A DNA stretch of 64,000 nucleotides from Veleropilina oligotropha (lineage: Eukaryota). The number at the start of each line of letters is the position of its first letter. Position 1 is the stretch's first letter. Where the stretch lies: NCBI GenBank assembly GCA_048128005.1, contig JBEUKZ010000108.1, positions 1-64,000 of the forward strand, written 5' to 3'. A model generated the notes under the pieces. The model was not told where the DNA came from, searched no databases, and worked only from the letters and a program-made list of their open reading frames with translations. The translations under genes and the position numbers were made by a program. This document shows positions 27,301 to 41,979 of the stretch, piece after piece.

Positions 27301-28276
27301 GATTCCACTAATATCACGTGGAACAGATTTATCATCTGATTGGTCAGAGATGCTATCAGACATAAGTTTTGTCCGATGAAAATAGAACATGATCTATTCC
27401 ATATGATAAAACTTACGGTCAAGAAACCCACAACATCCTGTCTTACCACCTGTCTACACGATACGTTTATATACATAGGTCAAACATATCGGCCATGACA
27501 TGACAGAGCTGCTTAACGAGGACGCAAAGTACACTGTGGTGATTACCTTTTCGAATATATGTTGACATAGACCATTTGAAAGAACATTATGCAGAAATCC
27601 TTCATTTGAAAACATATGCCATTGTAAAAATTCAGCAGCGTGCACTGTAGTGTCATTTCTCGCATCCTTGTTTTCTATTTTTCTATAAATATGTTTGGAT
27701 TCAACGACACGGATTGGTCGTAGTGCTCTCAGTCATTTTCCTTCTGAAGAAACACTTTTGTCGCGATAGTATGGTTGTGATCACATTTTCAGAATGTTAC
27801 ACTTTTCCCTGTTTTTAAAGGTTCACTTTGCTGTAAGTGTCATTTATATATGAAATGCGCTGTAAGTATCACTTTGTATTACCCAGTTCATACTTCAACT
27901 ATCCGAAAATGTTTAACTTACGTGAATGTTCTCAAATAGTTTAAGTGACCCTTAAACCATTTTTGTGACGTCACTCTATTGTCTTGGCCTGGGGCATATT
28001 GTCAGCTAGACCACGGGGGACTACTTTCTTACACTAAAAATGGGTGTATTAGGTTATTAAAATCATATATGTTAAATTATTGAACACTTGCAATGGTTTA
28101 AGTCGGTTATGTCACTCGGTTTGTGTCATTTAATCGGAAAAGCCCGTGCAGTGAAACAATTTTGAGCTCGTGGTTTAACTGCAGGTTTTTTCGATTAGAC
28201 AACCAAACCTCGTGGTATACTTTCACGCTGAAATTGTCTTTTAAATGGAAAGTGACGTTTATGAATACGGCTCACA

Positions 28277-28590
28277 CGAGCGGATCAAGGATTATAATAA
28301 GGGGGTCCAACTTTAATAAAATATACTATCAACTGTTCGCGTGGGGGCGCGGCCCCACGCGAAAGAAAATTTTGACAATCAACAGCCTGAAACCTCATCT
28401 CATGCACTCTGACAGGGCAAAAGCGAGATTTTTTACAAAATTTATGAACCATTTTCACAAAAATGTATGGGTAATTTTTCATTTTTTCTCTCAATCTAAC
28501 ACATTGAGTTTTTTAATGGCCAAGGCAAAAGGGCACTTAGTCCGTCAAGGGGGGGTCCGACCCCCATGGACCCCCTGGCTCATTCGGATA
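28277..28590. mobile_element. Degenerate copy of the same MITE family
   Basis: 28320-28460 is the reverse complement of 20295-20425; has G/C-run subterminal motifs. Confidence 0.65.
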
Positions 28591-29479
28591 TATATCGTGG
28601 AAGGAAATCAAATGAACAAAAACCGGCACAGGACTATCGTGTCTGACAAATCCGTGGTGTTTCAATCGTGGTTAAAGAATCCACGCTGATAATAAATATG
28701 TGCAGTCGGGTGAGTGGATTGAGACTTAATTACCATTTACTTACTGCTACACATCCCATTTTACCGTTAAAATGAACAATAATTTAATACGCGATATCTA
28801 TTAGTTAGTTAATTGTTACGTGAATACATCGTGTACACGGGATATACCTGCAATCGCTCGCATTGAAATTTGATATAAAATATATTTCATTGGAGTTTTT
28901 TCGTGTTCATATTAATACATGGTAGATAACCACGTTCACCTTAATTTGATTTGAATCCGTTCGTCTTGCGACCACATGTTAACAATTTTAGTGCCACTGT
29001 AGTCGAGCCCCATTGTTTCACTTGCCTATCCGATCAGGCGCATGGTGTAGGCTATGCAATGGAGACGAGTTTGTGATAAATATTCGCAGCACACCCGTTG
29101 ATCTAACTCGGGTCTCTGTCATCGGTTCAGCATCGTAGCCACTCACAATCAATCTGGAAGAATGAATAGCGTAACCAGGCTTTGTCAATCACCATTCTGT
29201 CTGTTGACATTTCACTAAGGCAAACAACCGCATCACGGTTGCGTGGGATAGGTACAAATGTTAACCTGGATTTTGATCGAGTTTTTCGTAAGTATTTACT
29301 CTGATATATATATGGATTGTAAAGATCGTAATATACAAACGTATTGTAGAGAAGAATTCACAACCACACCGTTCGTCGGTTGACCATCGATTCGAAGGTG
29401 TCCTCTCTTTGCGCATGTTGACGAACCCAAGTCTGTCCAGTGAGTCATATCCTGGGGCATGATTTGATTTCATTGGATC

Positions 29480-29785
29480 GATGCGTAATATCCTGTATAT
29501 TTCCAACCATCAGGTTCAAAGCAGGACATGCATATTATCGCGGGGGAAAGCCCGGGGAAACCAGTCCTCTCCGACCATTTACGGAGAAACCAGTCCTCTT
29601 CGACCATTTACGGAGAAACCAGTCCTCTCCGACCATTTACGGAGAACTGTGATTCATAAATGAAGAAGTAATCGCAATGTCCCAACCCAGATATGAACCC
29701 ACTACTGTTCGTGTCACCGGAATCAAGTTAGTGATTTCATTGTCTGTCAAAACCGAAACCACACGACTTTCAGAGCGGCCTCAAT
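29480..29785 (-). mobile_element. SINE copy with internal 29-bp triplication
   Basis: Colinear with 56094-56340; GGAGAAACCAGTCCTCTCCGACCATTTAC x3 at about 29554-29645. Confidence 0.78.
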
Positions 29786-30483
29786 GGGAGCATGAGAATA
29801 TGCTGGTGTTTGACCAGATACCGATGACGTCTTGCGTTTTCTGGTAATGGCGAATTTGTCTCGCTCGATGGGTTCAGAATTGGAACAGGTCTTCGCTGCG
29901 TAATACACAGGACAAAATATGCGTATTTGCGTATGAATTCTACATTCCATATTTACAGGCGTTAACAATGAGACAACATGGCTCATTTGCTGTAATTTTC
30001 TGCAAAACTTTTCAGTTTAAAATGCTGTTATATAATGACACGATGGCATCTTGTGTTAAATGTCAGATATTTAATACAGAATGCCAACCATATCAGAGGT
30101 CCGTGGGGGTCGGACCCCCCACCCCTTGACGGACCAAGTGCCCCTTTTCCTCGGACATTAAAAAAAAACCCAAAGTAATAAAATCCGTACACCTTTATGT
30201 GTAGTTGGGGTATAGGGTTATTTTAAGGAACCGTTTCTTAATGCATATGCATTAAAACTTTCCTCCCAGAATCTCAACGCCCCCGCTTGGAGCAGTATTT
30301 TCACTTAAAAAGTTGATATATTTGTTATTCAACCTCCAACTTAATATCATCTCCAGGCTAAACATGTGGGAAATGCGCCTACGATAACGGATTTTTTTCT
30401 TTCTCTGTGTTGTCCGTCCTTTGATTCTGATAAAACAAAATCTAAACGCCGCTATTGTCAGTTAATCTTAGCACGCAATTACA

Positions 30484-30849
30484 CCAACCGCACTAAAGAG
30501 CGAGATGAAAGAATGGCGGCAAAGCTGGAATACCACTTCTGAGGACTAACGGCCAGAAAACCTCATCGACTGTTTGAGGAAGACAGATCCAGATATATTC
30601 ACCAATATATCTGCATTACTGAGAGTTGGATGCACACTTCCAGTCGGCAGTGCCGGAGATGAACGCTCGTTCTCGTGTTTCCGGAGAGTCAAGACCTACA
30701 TCCGCAACATAATGGGCGAAGAGCGCCTCTCAGGACTGTGTTTGATGAATTTGCATCAGGACCTGATAATTGAAACTGATGCCGTCCTGAAAGAGTTCAT
30801 TTCAGTCAACAACAGACGGATGTTCAGTCGCAATATTCTTGACGATTGA
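30484..30849 (+). mobile_element. hAT transposase C-terminal dimerisation-domain fragment
   Basis: FTNISALLRVGCTLPVGSAGDERSFSCFRRVKTYIRNIMGEERLSGLCLMNLH matches the hATC consensus LPxxSxxxERxFSxxxxxKxxxRxxxxxxRLxxL. In-frame stop upstream; no N-terminus. Confidence 0.9.
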
Positions 30850-31574
30850 AATTGAATTGAATTTGTTGTGATCAATATCACCTTTCTAGTACATTCATAA
30901 AACGTATTCGATCGATGTACTTTTGGCTTAATTTCGTGGTGCCAGGACCGTAGCTACCATGAGGACAGGGGGCGGGCATTTGCCCCCCCTGAAATCTGGA
31001 AAACGCGGACGTAAAACTAAAGTGATTCACATTAAATAAAACGCTTTGGGGAACCATGGTCCCCAACGCACAACCGTTGACTTAGGGTTCCGATAATCAC
31101 ATGGGCCCTGTGTGCCCTTTTGGGATTGGCCCGACCCCCCCTTTCGAAATTCCTGGATCCGCCCCTGATGAAAAATTAAGCAAAATTATTCACCAAGACT
31201 GGTTCGAAGAGAACATCGTCGAGGAAAACGCAATGATTTCGTCGTATGGTAAAATTATGTCGACTCAAAATCAAAGAAAGATCACTTCAAGCAAATGCAG
31301 AGTAAGGCACAATGCCACACAGCTGGAAGGATCGAATATCAGATGATGTCCAACAATGCAGAGGGGTCCAGAACTACGCCGATTCAAATAATTCAAAGGA
31401 GTTCTTCAGCTTTTTGAAGATTTCGTATGGTCCTCACAAACCCAACACTGCACCTCCCTCTTACAATAGTTGATATCAATAAGACCAGATCTGATAAAGC
31501 ATCGTGGAAGGATTGCATTCCTGCTTGAACTTTTCAAAGTAGGTTTTCGCCATATTCCTGTCAGCATTTGGGCG

Positions 31575-33243
31575 AAGAGATCAAAAGACGACAATGATGC
31601 CACTGTCGTCTGCTTCGTCAGTAACAAGAGCAACAGAAGAGATCATGTCAAAAGACTACAATGATGCCACTGTCGTCTGCTTCGTCAGTAACAAGAGCAA
31701 CAGAAGAGATCATGTCAAAAGACGACAATGATGCCACTGTCGTCTGCTTCGTCAGTAACAAGAGCAACAGAAGAGATCATGTCAAAAGACTACAATGATG
31801 CCACTGTCGTCTGCTTCGTCAGTAACAAGAGCAACAGAAGAGATCATGTCAAAAGACTACAATGATGCCACTGTCGTCTGCTTCTTCAGTAACAAGAGCA
31901 ACAGAAGAGATCATGTCAAAAGACTACAATGATGCCACTGTCGTCTGCTTCGTCAGTAACAAGAGCAACAGAAGAGATCATGACAAAAGACTACAATGAT
32001 GCCACTGTCGTCTGCTTCGTCAGTAACAAGAGCAACAGAAGAGATCATGTCAAAAGACTACAATGATGCCACTGTCGTCTGCTTCGTCAGTAACAAGAGC
32101 AACAGAAGAGATCATGTCAAAAGACTACAATGATGCCACTGTCGTCTGCTTCGTCAGTAACAAGAGCAACAGAAGAGATCATGTCAAAAGACTACAATGA
32201 TGCCACTGTCGTCTGCTTCTTCAGTAACAAGAGCAACAGAAGAGATCATGTCAAAAGACTACAATGATGCCACTGTCGTCTGCTTCGTCAGTAACAAGAG
32301 CAACAGAAGAGATCATGACAAAAGACTACAATGATGCCACTGTCGTCTGCTTCGTCAGTAACAAGAGCAACAGAAGAGATCATGTCAAAAGACTACAATG
32401 ATGCCACTGTCGTCTGCTTCGTCAGTAACAAGAGCAACAGAAGAGATCATGTCAAAAGACTACAATGATGCCACTGTCGTCTGCTTCGTCAGTAACAAGA
32501 GCAACAGAAGAGATCATGTCAAAAGACTACAATGATGCCACTGTCGTCTGCTTCGTCAGTAACAAGAGCAACAGAAGAGATCATGTCAAAAGACTACAAT
32601 GATGCCACTGTCGTCTGCTTCGTCAGTAACAAGAGCAACAGAAGAGATCATGTCAAAAGACTACAATGATGCCACTGTCGTCTGCTTCGTCAGTAACAAG
32701 AGCAACAGAAGAGATCATGTCAAAAGACTACAATGATGCCACTGTCGTCTGCTTCGTCAGTAACAAGAGCAACAGAAGAGATCATGTCAAAAGACTACAA
32801 TGATGCCACTGTCGTCTGCTTCTTCAGTAACAAGAGCAACAGAAGAGATCATGTCAAAAGACTACAATGATGCCACTGTCGTCTGCTTCTTCAGTAACAA
32901 GAGCAACAGAAGAGATCATGTCAAAAGACTACAATGATGCCACTGTCGTCTGCTTCGTCAGTAACAAGAGCAACAGAAGAGATCATGTCAAAAGACTACA
33001 ATGATGCCACTGTCGTCTGCTTCGTCAGTAACAAGAGCAACAGAAGAGATCATGTCAAAAGACTACAATGATGCCACTGTCGTCTGCTTCGTCAGTAACA
33101 AGAGCAACAGAAGAGATCATGTCAAAAGACTACAATGATGCCACTGTCGTCTGCTTCGTCAGTAACAAGAGCAACAGAAGAGATCATGTCAAAAGACTAC
33201 AATGATGCCACTGTCGTCTGCTTCGTCAGTAACAAGAGCAACA
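31575..33243. repeat. Minisatellite, 67-bp unit, about 25 copies, inside an RTE-LINE remnant
   Basis: Unit AGAAGAGATCATGTCAAAAGACTACAATGATGCCACTGTCGTCTGCTTCGTCAGTAACAAGAGCAAC; period 67 (e.g. 31601 to 31668). Confidence 0.97.
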
Positions 33244-33803
33244 AACGTTCATATCAGTGCGGTTACATACCAGGCCGCATCGCTGCCGAATATAATAAGT
33301 CATACGTTGTCTTCATCAACGACATGAACGACTTTAATAATATGATTAGAGGGGCATTTTGGACCACCCCTGAAGTTTGTCAAACTCATCAACATATTCC
33401 ACGACGGCACCCCAAAGCCATTTGAGATCTCCACTTGCGTGAAGCTTGGGTGTGTGCGTGCTCCAATCCTTTCCAATATCTTCTTCACGTGCGTCCGGAA
33501 GCATGCTGTATGCGACATTTAGGGGGGGGGGTACAAAATGAACGCCACGCTCTTCGTAGATTGAATGCCAAGACTTTATGTTTACGATCCGTACCAGGAT
33601 CCACATCACCGCCTTCCCATGCTCGCATAGAGAACACCGATAGAAAGGTCGTTGACAACTTTAAATACCTGTGGGTCGCTACACGGAGATATAAAAGTAC
33701 GCATCAGCAAAGCAAGTAGCTGGATCGCCTTCGCTCACGTGTGATGAGCCACATGAACATCTAGCGGAGAACAAAGATCAGTCTCCATGGTATTCGTATC
33801 CAT

Positions 33804-34020
33804 AAGTCTCCTGTCAGGACGAGAACTAACCGAGAAGTCTCCTGTCAGGACGAGAACTAACCGAGAAGTCTCCTGTCAGGACGAGAACTAACCGAGAAGT
33901 CTCCTGTCAGGACGAGAACTAACCGAGAAGTCTCCTGTCAGGACGAGAACTAACCGAGAAGTCTCCTGTCAGGACGAGAACTAACCGAGAAGTCTCCTGT
34001 CAGGACGAGAACTAACCGAG
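33804..34020. repeat. Minisatellite, 31-bp unit AAGTCTCCTGTCAGGACGAGAACTAACCGAG x7
   Basis: Seven identical units visible. Confidence 0.97.
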
Positions 34021-34766
34021 TCCTTACGTTCAATCTTGGGATCAAATGGCAGGACAAAGTGACGAATTTGAAGTCCTGGAGAGGAATGGCTTTGTCAGCG
34101 CTGAGGTCATGATTGTGAAGACCCAGCTTCATCGCGCAACATCGCGAGCATCGCCCTATACCATAGGGACCGGTACTCTCACAAGCCACAGAAGACATGT
34201 CGTCCCAAGAAGCAGGCACATCCACGCATAGGATCTAATGTGGAGGACAGAACAAACTGATGTATCGTGAGTCACATAGTGTTCACATCCTGCGAAAGGG
34301 GATCGCCAGTGTCAGAAGGTCATGCATAGATCTATACACAACGAAGACGGAACAACTGACGATATCATCGGATCGATGAACAGACACAAAATTATGCATT
34401 GTAAATATAGATGTAAGGACAGCATGGGCCAATCGAAAGTCACATTCAAAACATTCACGAACGGCCCAAAACCTTTACGGACGCAGGGGAAGATCGAGGG
34501 CATCAGATCACAACATTGAGGAGAAGAACATTACTTAATTGTACCTCGATCCGACATATAAGTTTTTTCTGATCGAATTTGATTGTGATATGATTGGATA
34601 ATAGATCAAACGAGTCTTAAAGAAAACAATGTAATCGAAAATATCAATTTCAGGATTTCAAGGGGATCTCCGGAGGGGTTCGGACCTCGGGGAGGGTGTT
34701 CGGACCTCCTCATGCATCCACTTTTATTTATAGGTATCCGTGTTGGTTATGATTATAATGTTTAAT

Positions 34767-36200
34767 CTGTCTCTCATAAATGGTTCAGTTCCAGATAAGC
34801 TTAAAATAGCAAAAGTTAAGCCAATATTTAAAAACGGAGATAACAAGGTATTTTCCAATTACAGACCAATATCGGTACAACCCTGTTTCTCAAAAATACT
34901 TGAAAAAATTGTTTATTCAAGTTTAATGAAATACATTGAAAAGCACAACATTTTCTATAGACATCAATATGGATTCAGATCAAATCATTCAACACACATG
35001 GCACTCTTAGAACTAATAGATCAAATATCCCTACGAACTGATAAGAAATAATTTACTGTTGGCATTTTCATAGACCTCTCCAAAGCGTTTGACACTATTG
35101 ATCACTCAATATTATTAAAAAAACTTCAACACTATGGTATACGGGGAACTCAGCTTGATTGGTTTAGGAGTTACCTAACCAATAGACAGCAATATGTCAT
35201 TCATGACAATTGCAACTCTACTTCTAATCTGATCAAGTGTGGTGTTCCCCAAGGGTCAATACTAGGACCCTTATAATTTCTCCTATACATAAATGACATA
35301 TGTAATTCGTCAGAAATAATGAAATATATATTATTTGATGATGACACAAACATATTCTATTCGCATGCAGACCTTGAATATCTGACAAACACCATTAATT
35401 CGGAACTGCGTCATCTCACTACATGGTTTAAAGCCAACAAACTGTCTTTAAATATAAAAAAAGACAAACTATATTATATTTTGTAACAAACGTAATAAAA
35501 ACACTGCAACAAATGTTAGCATTAAAATTGATGAGACGGTCTTAACGCGACTTGCAACAACTAAATTTTTGGGAGTTCAAATAGATGAAAAACTTGATTG
35601 GCTTCATCATATCTCTACAATAACAAATAAAATTACTAAAAGCGCAGGTGTGCTAAACAGATTAAAATCGGAAATACCATTAAGAATATTACGTACGCTA
35701 TATTGCACTATAATTTTACCATATATATCTTACTGTAACATAATTTGGGCTAGTACTTACCCTTCCCGACTCTGTAAGCTTTTCTGCATACAAAAGCGTG
35801 TTATTAGAATAATAAGTCGTGCCACTTTTCGTGTACATACTCAAACCCTATTAAATAACCTACGTTTACTCACAATATTTGACTTAAATATAATACAAAA
35901 GACAAAATTCATGTTCTCCTATCATAAACATCTGCTACCACCTTGCTTCCTCAATTATTTTAAACTAAATTATGAAATTCACGAACATTTTACCAGATCT
36001 AGCACAAATTACATATTAACAGTTATCGTACAAATATTAGAAAACATACAATTAAATTTACCGGCTAAAAAATATGGAACACTATCAGATACTATAAAGC
36101 AATCTCACTCACTTTACACATTTATACGATCGTTGAAAGAGTTACTTATCGCACAATATTTATCATTAAGCACATGGGATGATCATATATATTTAAAGAA
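34767..36200 (+). mobile_element. 5'-truncated CR1/L2-group LINE ORF2 (reverse transcriptase) pseudogene
   Basis: Motifs [47 protein letters not shown] and FDDDT (degenerate FADDT). In-frame stops (e.g. 35049-35051) and frameshifts. Confidence 0.93.
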
Positions 36201-36318
36201 TCAATATTAATATAGGTTCTTCTCTCTAGTTATATCTTTTCTTATTTATTATTTCACTAAATGTTTACAAAATGTACATGCCTATTATCACTAAACTTTT
36301 ACTTACTATTATTATACA

Positions 36319-36326
36319 TATGTATA

Positions 36327-36362
<36 letters not shown>

Positions 36363-37000
36363 TGTATGTATGTATGTATGTATGTATGTATGTATGTATG
36401 TATGTATGTATGTATGTATGTATGTATGTATGTATGTATGTATGTATGTATGTATGTATGTATGTATGTATGTATGTATGTGTGTATGTATGTATGTATG
36501 TATGTATGTATGTATGTATGTATGTATGTATGTATGTATGTATGTATGTATGTATGTATGTATGTATGTATGTATGTATGTATGTATGTATGTATGTATG
36601 TATGTATGCATGTATGCATGCATGCATGCATGCATGCATGCATGCATGCATGCATGCATGCATGCATGCATGTATGTATGTATGTATGTATGTATGTATG
36701 TATGTATGTATGTATGTATGTATGTATGTATGTATGTATGTATGTATGTACGTATGTACGTATGTACGTATGTACGTACGTACGTACGTACGTACGTACG
36801 TACGTACGTACGTACGTACGTACGTATGTACGTATGTACGTATGTATGTATGTATGTATGTATGTATGCATGCATGCATGTACGTATGTACGTATGTATG
36901 TATGTATGTATGTATGTATGCATGCATGCATGTATGTATGTATGTATGTATGTATGTATGTATGTATGTATGTATGTATGTATGTATGTATGTATGTATG

Positions 37001-37050
<50 letters not shown>

Positions 37051-37071
37051 TGTTTGTTTGTTTATTTATTT
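36319..37071. repeat. Compound microsatellite (TATG)n/(CATG)n/(TACG)n/(TA)n/(TTTG)n
   Basis: Directly visible; explains the six overlapping MYVC/HTYI ORFs. Confidence 0.99.
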
Positions 37072-37550
37072 GATAAAAGAAAGGCATATACATTTACACT
37101 TAATTCTATCAGGATAACCCAAGAAAGCTCGAGAGCTTATTTCCATTGGCGTCCTTACACGTAAATACAAAGACATAACAATACAATATATCATAATAAT
37201 AAAATAATACTAATAGCTTAATATATTGATGCATTTTAGAATAGATTATTGCTACAACAATAAAAAGATAATACAGGTAGCTTGAAATATTGATGCATTT
37301 TAATATAGGTTATTGCTATCACAGTAATAAAATAATACATTAGTTTGAAAATTGTGTATTTTAAATATGTTATTGCCGTCTTGGTAAATAATTATCGATA
37401 CTCTGTCTTTAAATATTTTTTAACTTCATATTTGAAGGTGGTAAAAGTATTAATTTGTTTAACAAGATTTGGTAGAGAATTCCAACTTTGAATGGCAGTA
37501 TAATAAAATGACTGATGGGCTGGACTTCGAATACATGGTGTAACATAATT
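37045..37550 (-). mobile_element. 3' part of the same minus-strand LINE (ORF2 C-terminus, 3' UTR, (AAAT)n/(AAAC)n tail)
   Basis: Joining 42453 to 37550 restores HHTRNSIL-N-YVTPCIRSPAHQSFYYTAIQSWNSLPNLVKQINTFTTFKYEVKKYLKTEYR* (stop at 37392-37394), a typical LINE ORF2 end. Confidence 0.85.
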
Positions 37551-40500
37551 AGGGCTTCAAGCTCTTTCAAGCTTGAAGCCCTATTGAAATTGTACCGGTT
37601 ATTATTCTTATTCTGACGTTTTTTTGTGGGCACTTTAGCGCGAAAACGGCTATAGCTACAGCTTTCAAAATTAATGTGTGCTTGGGCACATCATTGAAGC
37701 ATTGCCTCGTTCTATTTTCAAGTTTCGGGATTTTATGCTTTGGTCGTAATCTTCAATTTTGTAAAAAAATATGACCTCTTTTCAAAAACGATCGAGACAA
37801 AATCTTCAAAGGCATGATCTAGACTATTGAGACAACAATCTCCTGGAAATGAAATTTTCATTTTTTCAATGCTAAGATCGCTACGGGCGTCCTAATCTTG
37901 ACAAAATTAAAAATGACCTCTTTTCAAAAACGATATACGTCTTAAACATCTTTCGAGATCGAGACAAAATCTTCAAAGGCATGATCTAGACTATTGAGAC
38001 AACAATCTCTTGGAAATGAAATTTTCATTTTTTCAATGCTAAGATCGCTACGGGCGTCATAATCTTGACAAAATTTTGAAGTTTTTTCAATTTTTCATTT
38101 CTGCAGTATCTTTCAATGCACTCCACGAAATCTTTCCAATCTTCCAGGGTGAGTGCGCATCGATATCAAGTAATGTGTGCCGCAAACTTTTAGCCAATAA
38201 ATGCCATGGTTTCGTTGCAATCTTTGATTTTTTGAAAACATTAAAATGCACTTTTCTCAGAACTGAGTAGCGTGATCTTATCGACACTTGGTAGTTTTGA
38301 CAAAGCATTATATCGGTATATGTTGTTCTAATGGAATACTTTGTGAGACAAATTAAAAAGGAGTTATGAAGACATTAAATTTAATATTAAATTGACTGTA
38401 ACTTCTTTAATTTTCATTTATATGAAACGTGACGCAATTCATTTTATTCGTATCGAAAATATCTAATGTAATATCTATAGAATACATCGCTAAAATGAGT
38501 TGCTTGAGAGTTATTAGACTTAGTTTTTTAGATGAATATTGCTTCATAGCGCCTCTAATAATCGTCCTTTTTCTTCCAGATTTTCGCATAAAATATACTC
38601 TATAAAGATCGTTATATTAGAGAATTGTGACAAGAATACAATAAGTACTTTCATTGTTTAAAAAATACTATTTTAATTCCTCGTCTCATTTCGGCGCGAC
38701 CAGCTCAGTGCTAATTGCCTTATCAGATGAAGTAGGCAGTTTATGAGCCTGTCTCTTTGAGGTGTCATAAAGCCGCGCGCCAACCCTGTCCAGTGGACAG
38801 CAAGGCCCTTGAGAAGTTCTGCTATCAGGCTTAAGTAAACATTTAGCCAACAGAAGGCTACATGATTCAGTAACTGTTAATATATGGTGAAAACATTGAT
38901 ATTCTGTTGGTCAGTCCAGTTGCGCATTCATTATTATAGATACTTCTTAATTTCCATCATAGGTTAATGCACAAGATAATAGATTTAAAAACTTTTCCGT
39001 GGAGGTACGCCCTGGCGCACTCGCGCATTCGGCGCTCGTTCGTGTGTGCGTCACACAGTCTGCATGTAAGCTACCTAAGATGCCGTGCAACGTCATTGCG
39101 TTTAATAATTACCGATCAAAAATGAAGTGAAATGGTCTTAATTATGCTTATGAGTCGCAAGCATTACGCTATTATTGTTTGATTAGAACATGTAATCGAC
39201 TAATTTATTTTTCTTTATAAAGAGCAACACACACTAAAAAGCTAAATGCATATATAATAGCCATTCACATATCAATAGAAGGAGTTATAACATTATATAA
39301 TACAAATAGTAGCGAATTATCCCGTGATTGAGGAAATTCATGCTAGCCTGTGTAAAGCAGATACCAATTTTGTTATTTACACCATGGCGACACAAGCCGA
39401 TATCGACACATGTATTTCAATCAAACAACAATTTCAAACAGGCACTCAAGACTGTCGCCGCATACGATCCAGTCAGCGATGTCCGCTGTGGCAGATTTTG
39501 TGGGCAACATATTATGTGCGACAGGTGTCTATGCGGCCTATCCCATTTTAATATAACCTGCATTTATCGAAAATAACAGCGAATGAATGAAGTCAATTAT
39601 CGAAGTGTTCGCGAATAATCGATTATCAATATTTTACCAAAATATTAACCATGTAAAATACACCGCTATGAACGAATAGTTTTGTCAAGTCCATCCAGGG
39701 TACATTAGGGGCGATCTATGGGTACGCGGAGTGCAGGCCATGTTCACCGAGAAGTGTACACAGTGTACTCCAAGTGCGCCACGAATTACCCGGTAGGGAC
39801 ACTTCTAACATGGGACGCGCTAGAGCTGAACTATGGACGCAAACGGAAAGCGACGCGCTAGAGCTGAGCTCTGGACAATTGTGTTATGCCCAGGGCGCGC
39901 TCCGCGTTGGCCGAGCATGCCCCGTGTGCCACGAGTAAAGCGGCATTTACAATTAATGCACTATAACAATTGTATCTACTTGACACAATATTATGCATTA
40001 TGATCATTGATGACAATCGTTTGCAAGATGACTATTTATAAATTTTGGATAATGAATTTATTCCTGAAAATATAGGCAATAACGCTACAGAGTTTATAGA
40101 TTTAAAAACTTTTCCGTGGAGGTACGCCCTGCCGCATTCGGCGCTCGTTCGTGTGTGCGTCATGAACATCTATTGTACTGACAATTAATCACACAGTCTG
40201 CATGTAAGCTACCTAAGATGCCGTACAGGTCGTTGCGTTTAATAATTACCACATCAATAATAAAGAAAAATGGTCTTAATTATGCACGACCTCAGGCTGA
40301 GCGATGGAGTACCTCACCACTGGACACTGATTATTTATGACAACTGATTATTTAATTTAAATTCAAATTAACAAAAATGCAATCTATTTTGCATAATTTT
40401 TTGCTTAATTGTCACATGAATTAGAAGCCTGATAACGCCGGAAACAGCATTTCATAGCATCTAGGTTTCAAAATTTTCCGGCCCCCCCTAGCACTTTCGG

Positions 40501-40685
40501 CGTAGAAATCTAAGATTGGCGGCATTCGATTCAGAGTGGCCATATGTATATCTTAAAATATAAACAATATTTTTTTTAATTTAGTATTTTTTTGTAATTT
40601 TTTTTTTTTTTAAATTAAACTTTTTTATTTTTTTGTATTATACGTCTTTTTATGTCTTGACCTTTTTGTAAAAAAGGACAAGACT

Positions 40686-41941
40686 AATAGAATCAAGCAC
40701 CACATTGAGTTCCAGATAGAGAAATATCAGTCGAGGGTGGGATGATGCAACAAATCCCAACCGAGGCGTTAGCCGAGGTTGGGATGTTGCACCATCACAC
40801 CCGAGACTGATATTTCTCTATCTGGAACTCAAATGTGGGGCTTGATTATTTTTCTCGCACCTCAAAAAGCTTGAAAAAGTCATTTTGATATGTCTTTACC
40901 TTGCGTATTCAAATAACCCAATCACTCACCAGTAGTTCTTCCGACGCAATCGAATATAATTACGTACTTATGGAATAAATATTTATTCAATTCTTTAGTA
41001 TTATTAAATAATAATAATTGTAAAATATTTAAATTCATAGCATAGGGTAATAAAAAGCTCGAACTATCACTATGCATGAGGTGATGTTACTTTTTAAGGC
41101 TATTTCGATATTTGTTTACCTTGCATACAGTACGAGTATTACAAAAGCCCAATCACTCACCAGCTGTCAGCTGTTCTTCTGACGCAATCAAATATAGTTC
41201 CGTACTTATGGAATAAATATTTACTCAATTTCATTAGTAACTTTAAAATATTAATAATTGAAAAAGTCGACAAAACGCTAAATATTTAAAATCATAACGT
41301 AGATTAAAAACGCTAGAACTATTGAACTGACAAGAAGTGACGTCACTTTTCAGGGGCAATGTTGTCTGTTTATAATTTGTTGTCGATCTGCGTGTCTGCC
41401 ATTGACTTATTTTCCAGAAATTGTTGACTTGTCATAATTAAGTACATTCTGACAGAAGTGTTTGTGAAGCGTCGATCGCTCTGTAATTATGTTCGTATTT
41501 GCTGCCATACGCTTCATGATGCATTTAAATTTGTTTACATCAAGCGGACAATTTGCAAACGAAGGACGTGTTTTGCCTGGGTTTTCACGGAATTGTGTCA
41601 GCTATGTAGAATGAATTTTCAGCGTTGGAGTAGCTATAGTCTGCAGGTCTAAACTTAAAGCCATGGTAAGTTTTGTAGATAGTTATGAGACATCGGTGTG
41701 GTGTTTCGGGTGTAGCGTACATACGTGGTTGAGTGCGATATAGATATTATACAGAGATGTTAGCCTCAGTACGTGGGTTTTTTATGTTTCGATCCGCCAT
41801 TTTTGTTTCCAAACATTGCAGACGACGTGCGTAGGAATACAAAGTGTGCTAGACAGCATTTGCGTATGTATACAAAGTGTGCTAGATAGAATTTTCCAGC
41901 ACCGGTAAAAAATGGGATCAGTCTATCTCAGGTGCGAGAAA
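40686..41941. mobile_element. Foldback element with a terminal palindrome (40686-40850), nested in the HINE
   Basis: Near-perfect arms of about 75 bp around CCGAGG-CGTTAG-CCGAGG; inverted pair TTTCTCGCACCT (40851) / AGGTGCGAGAAA (about 41930). Confidence 0.65.
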
Positions 41942-41959
41942 TTATCAAATGGTCCGAGT

Positions 41960-41979
41960 GTATATACATATATATATAC

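Larger units (their letters stand above)
31330..34520 (+). mobile_element. Heavily degraded RTE-clade LINE remnant interrupted by two minisatellites
   Basis: Frameshifted fragments GKDCIPA/ELFKVG, EEIMSKDYNDATVVCFVSNKSNKRS, KVVDNFKYL and LRSILGIKWQDKVTN/EVLER resemble RTE ORF motifs in the expected order. Confidence 0.7.

Noticed and set aside
27454..27720. Possible DIRS-like reverse transcriptase trace on the minus strand (VLSNGLCQHIFEKV)
   Set aside because: Too short and degenerate to support without a profile search.
30574..30849. Domesticated hAT-derived host gene
   Set aside because: Isolated C-terminal fragment with an in-frame stop just upstream, lying among MITE-like ends.
36261..37164. 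Six ORFs of 200-280 aa
   Set aside because: Translations of a stop-free tetranucleotide microsatellite.
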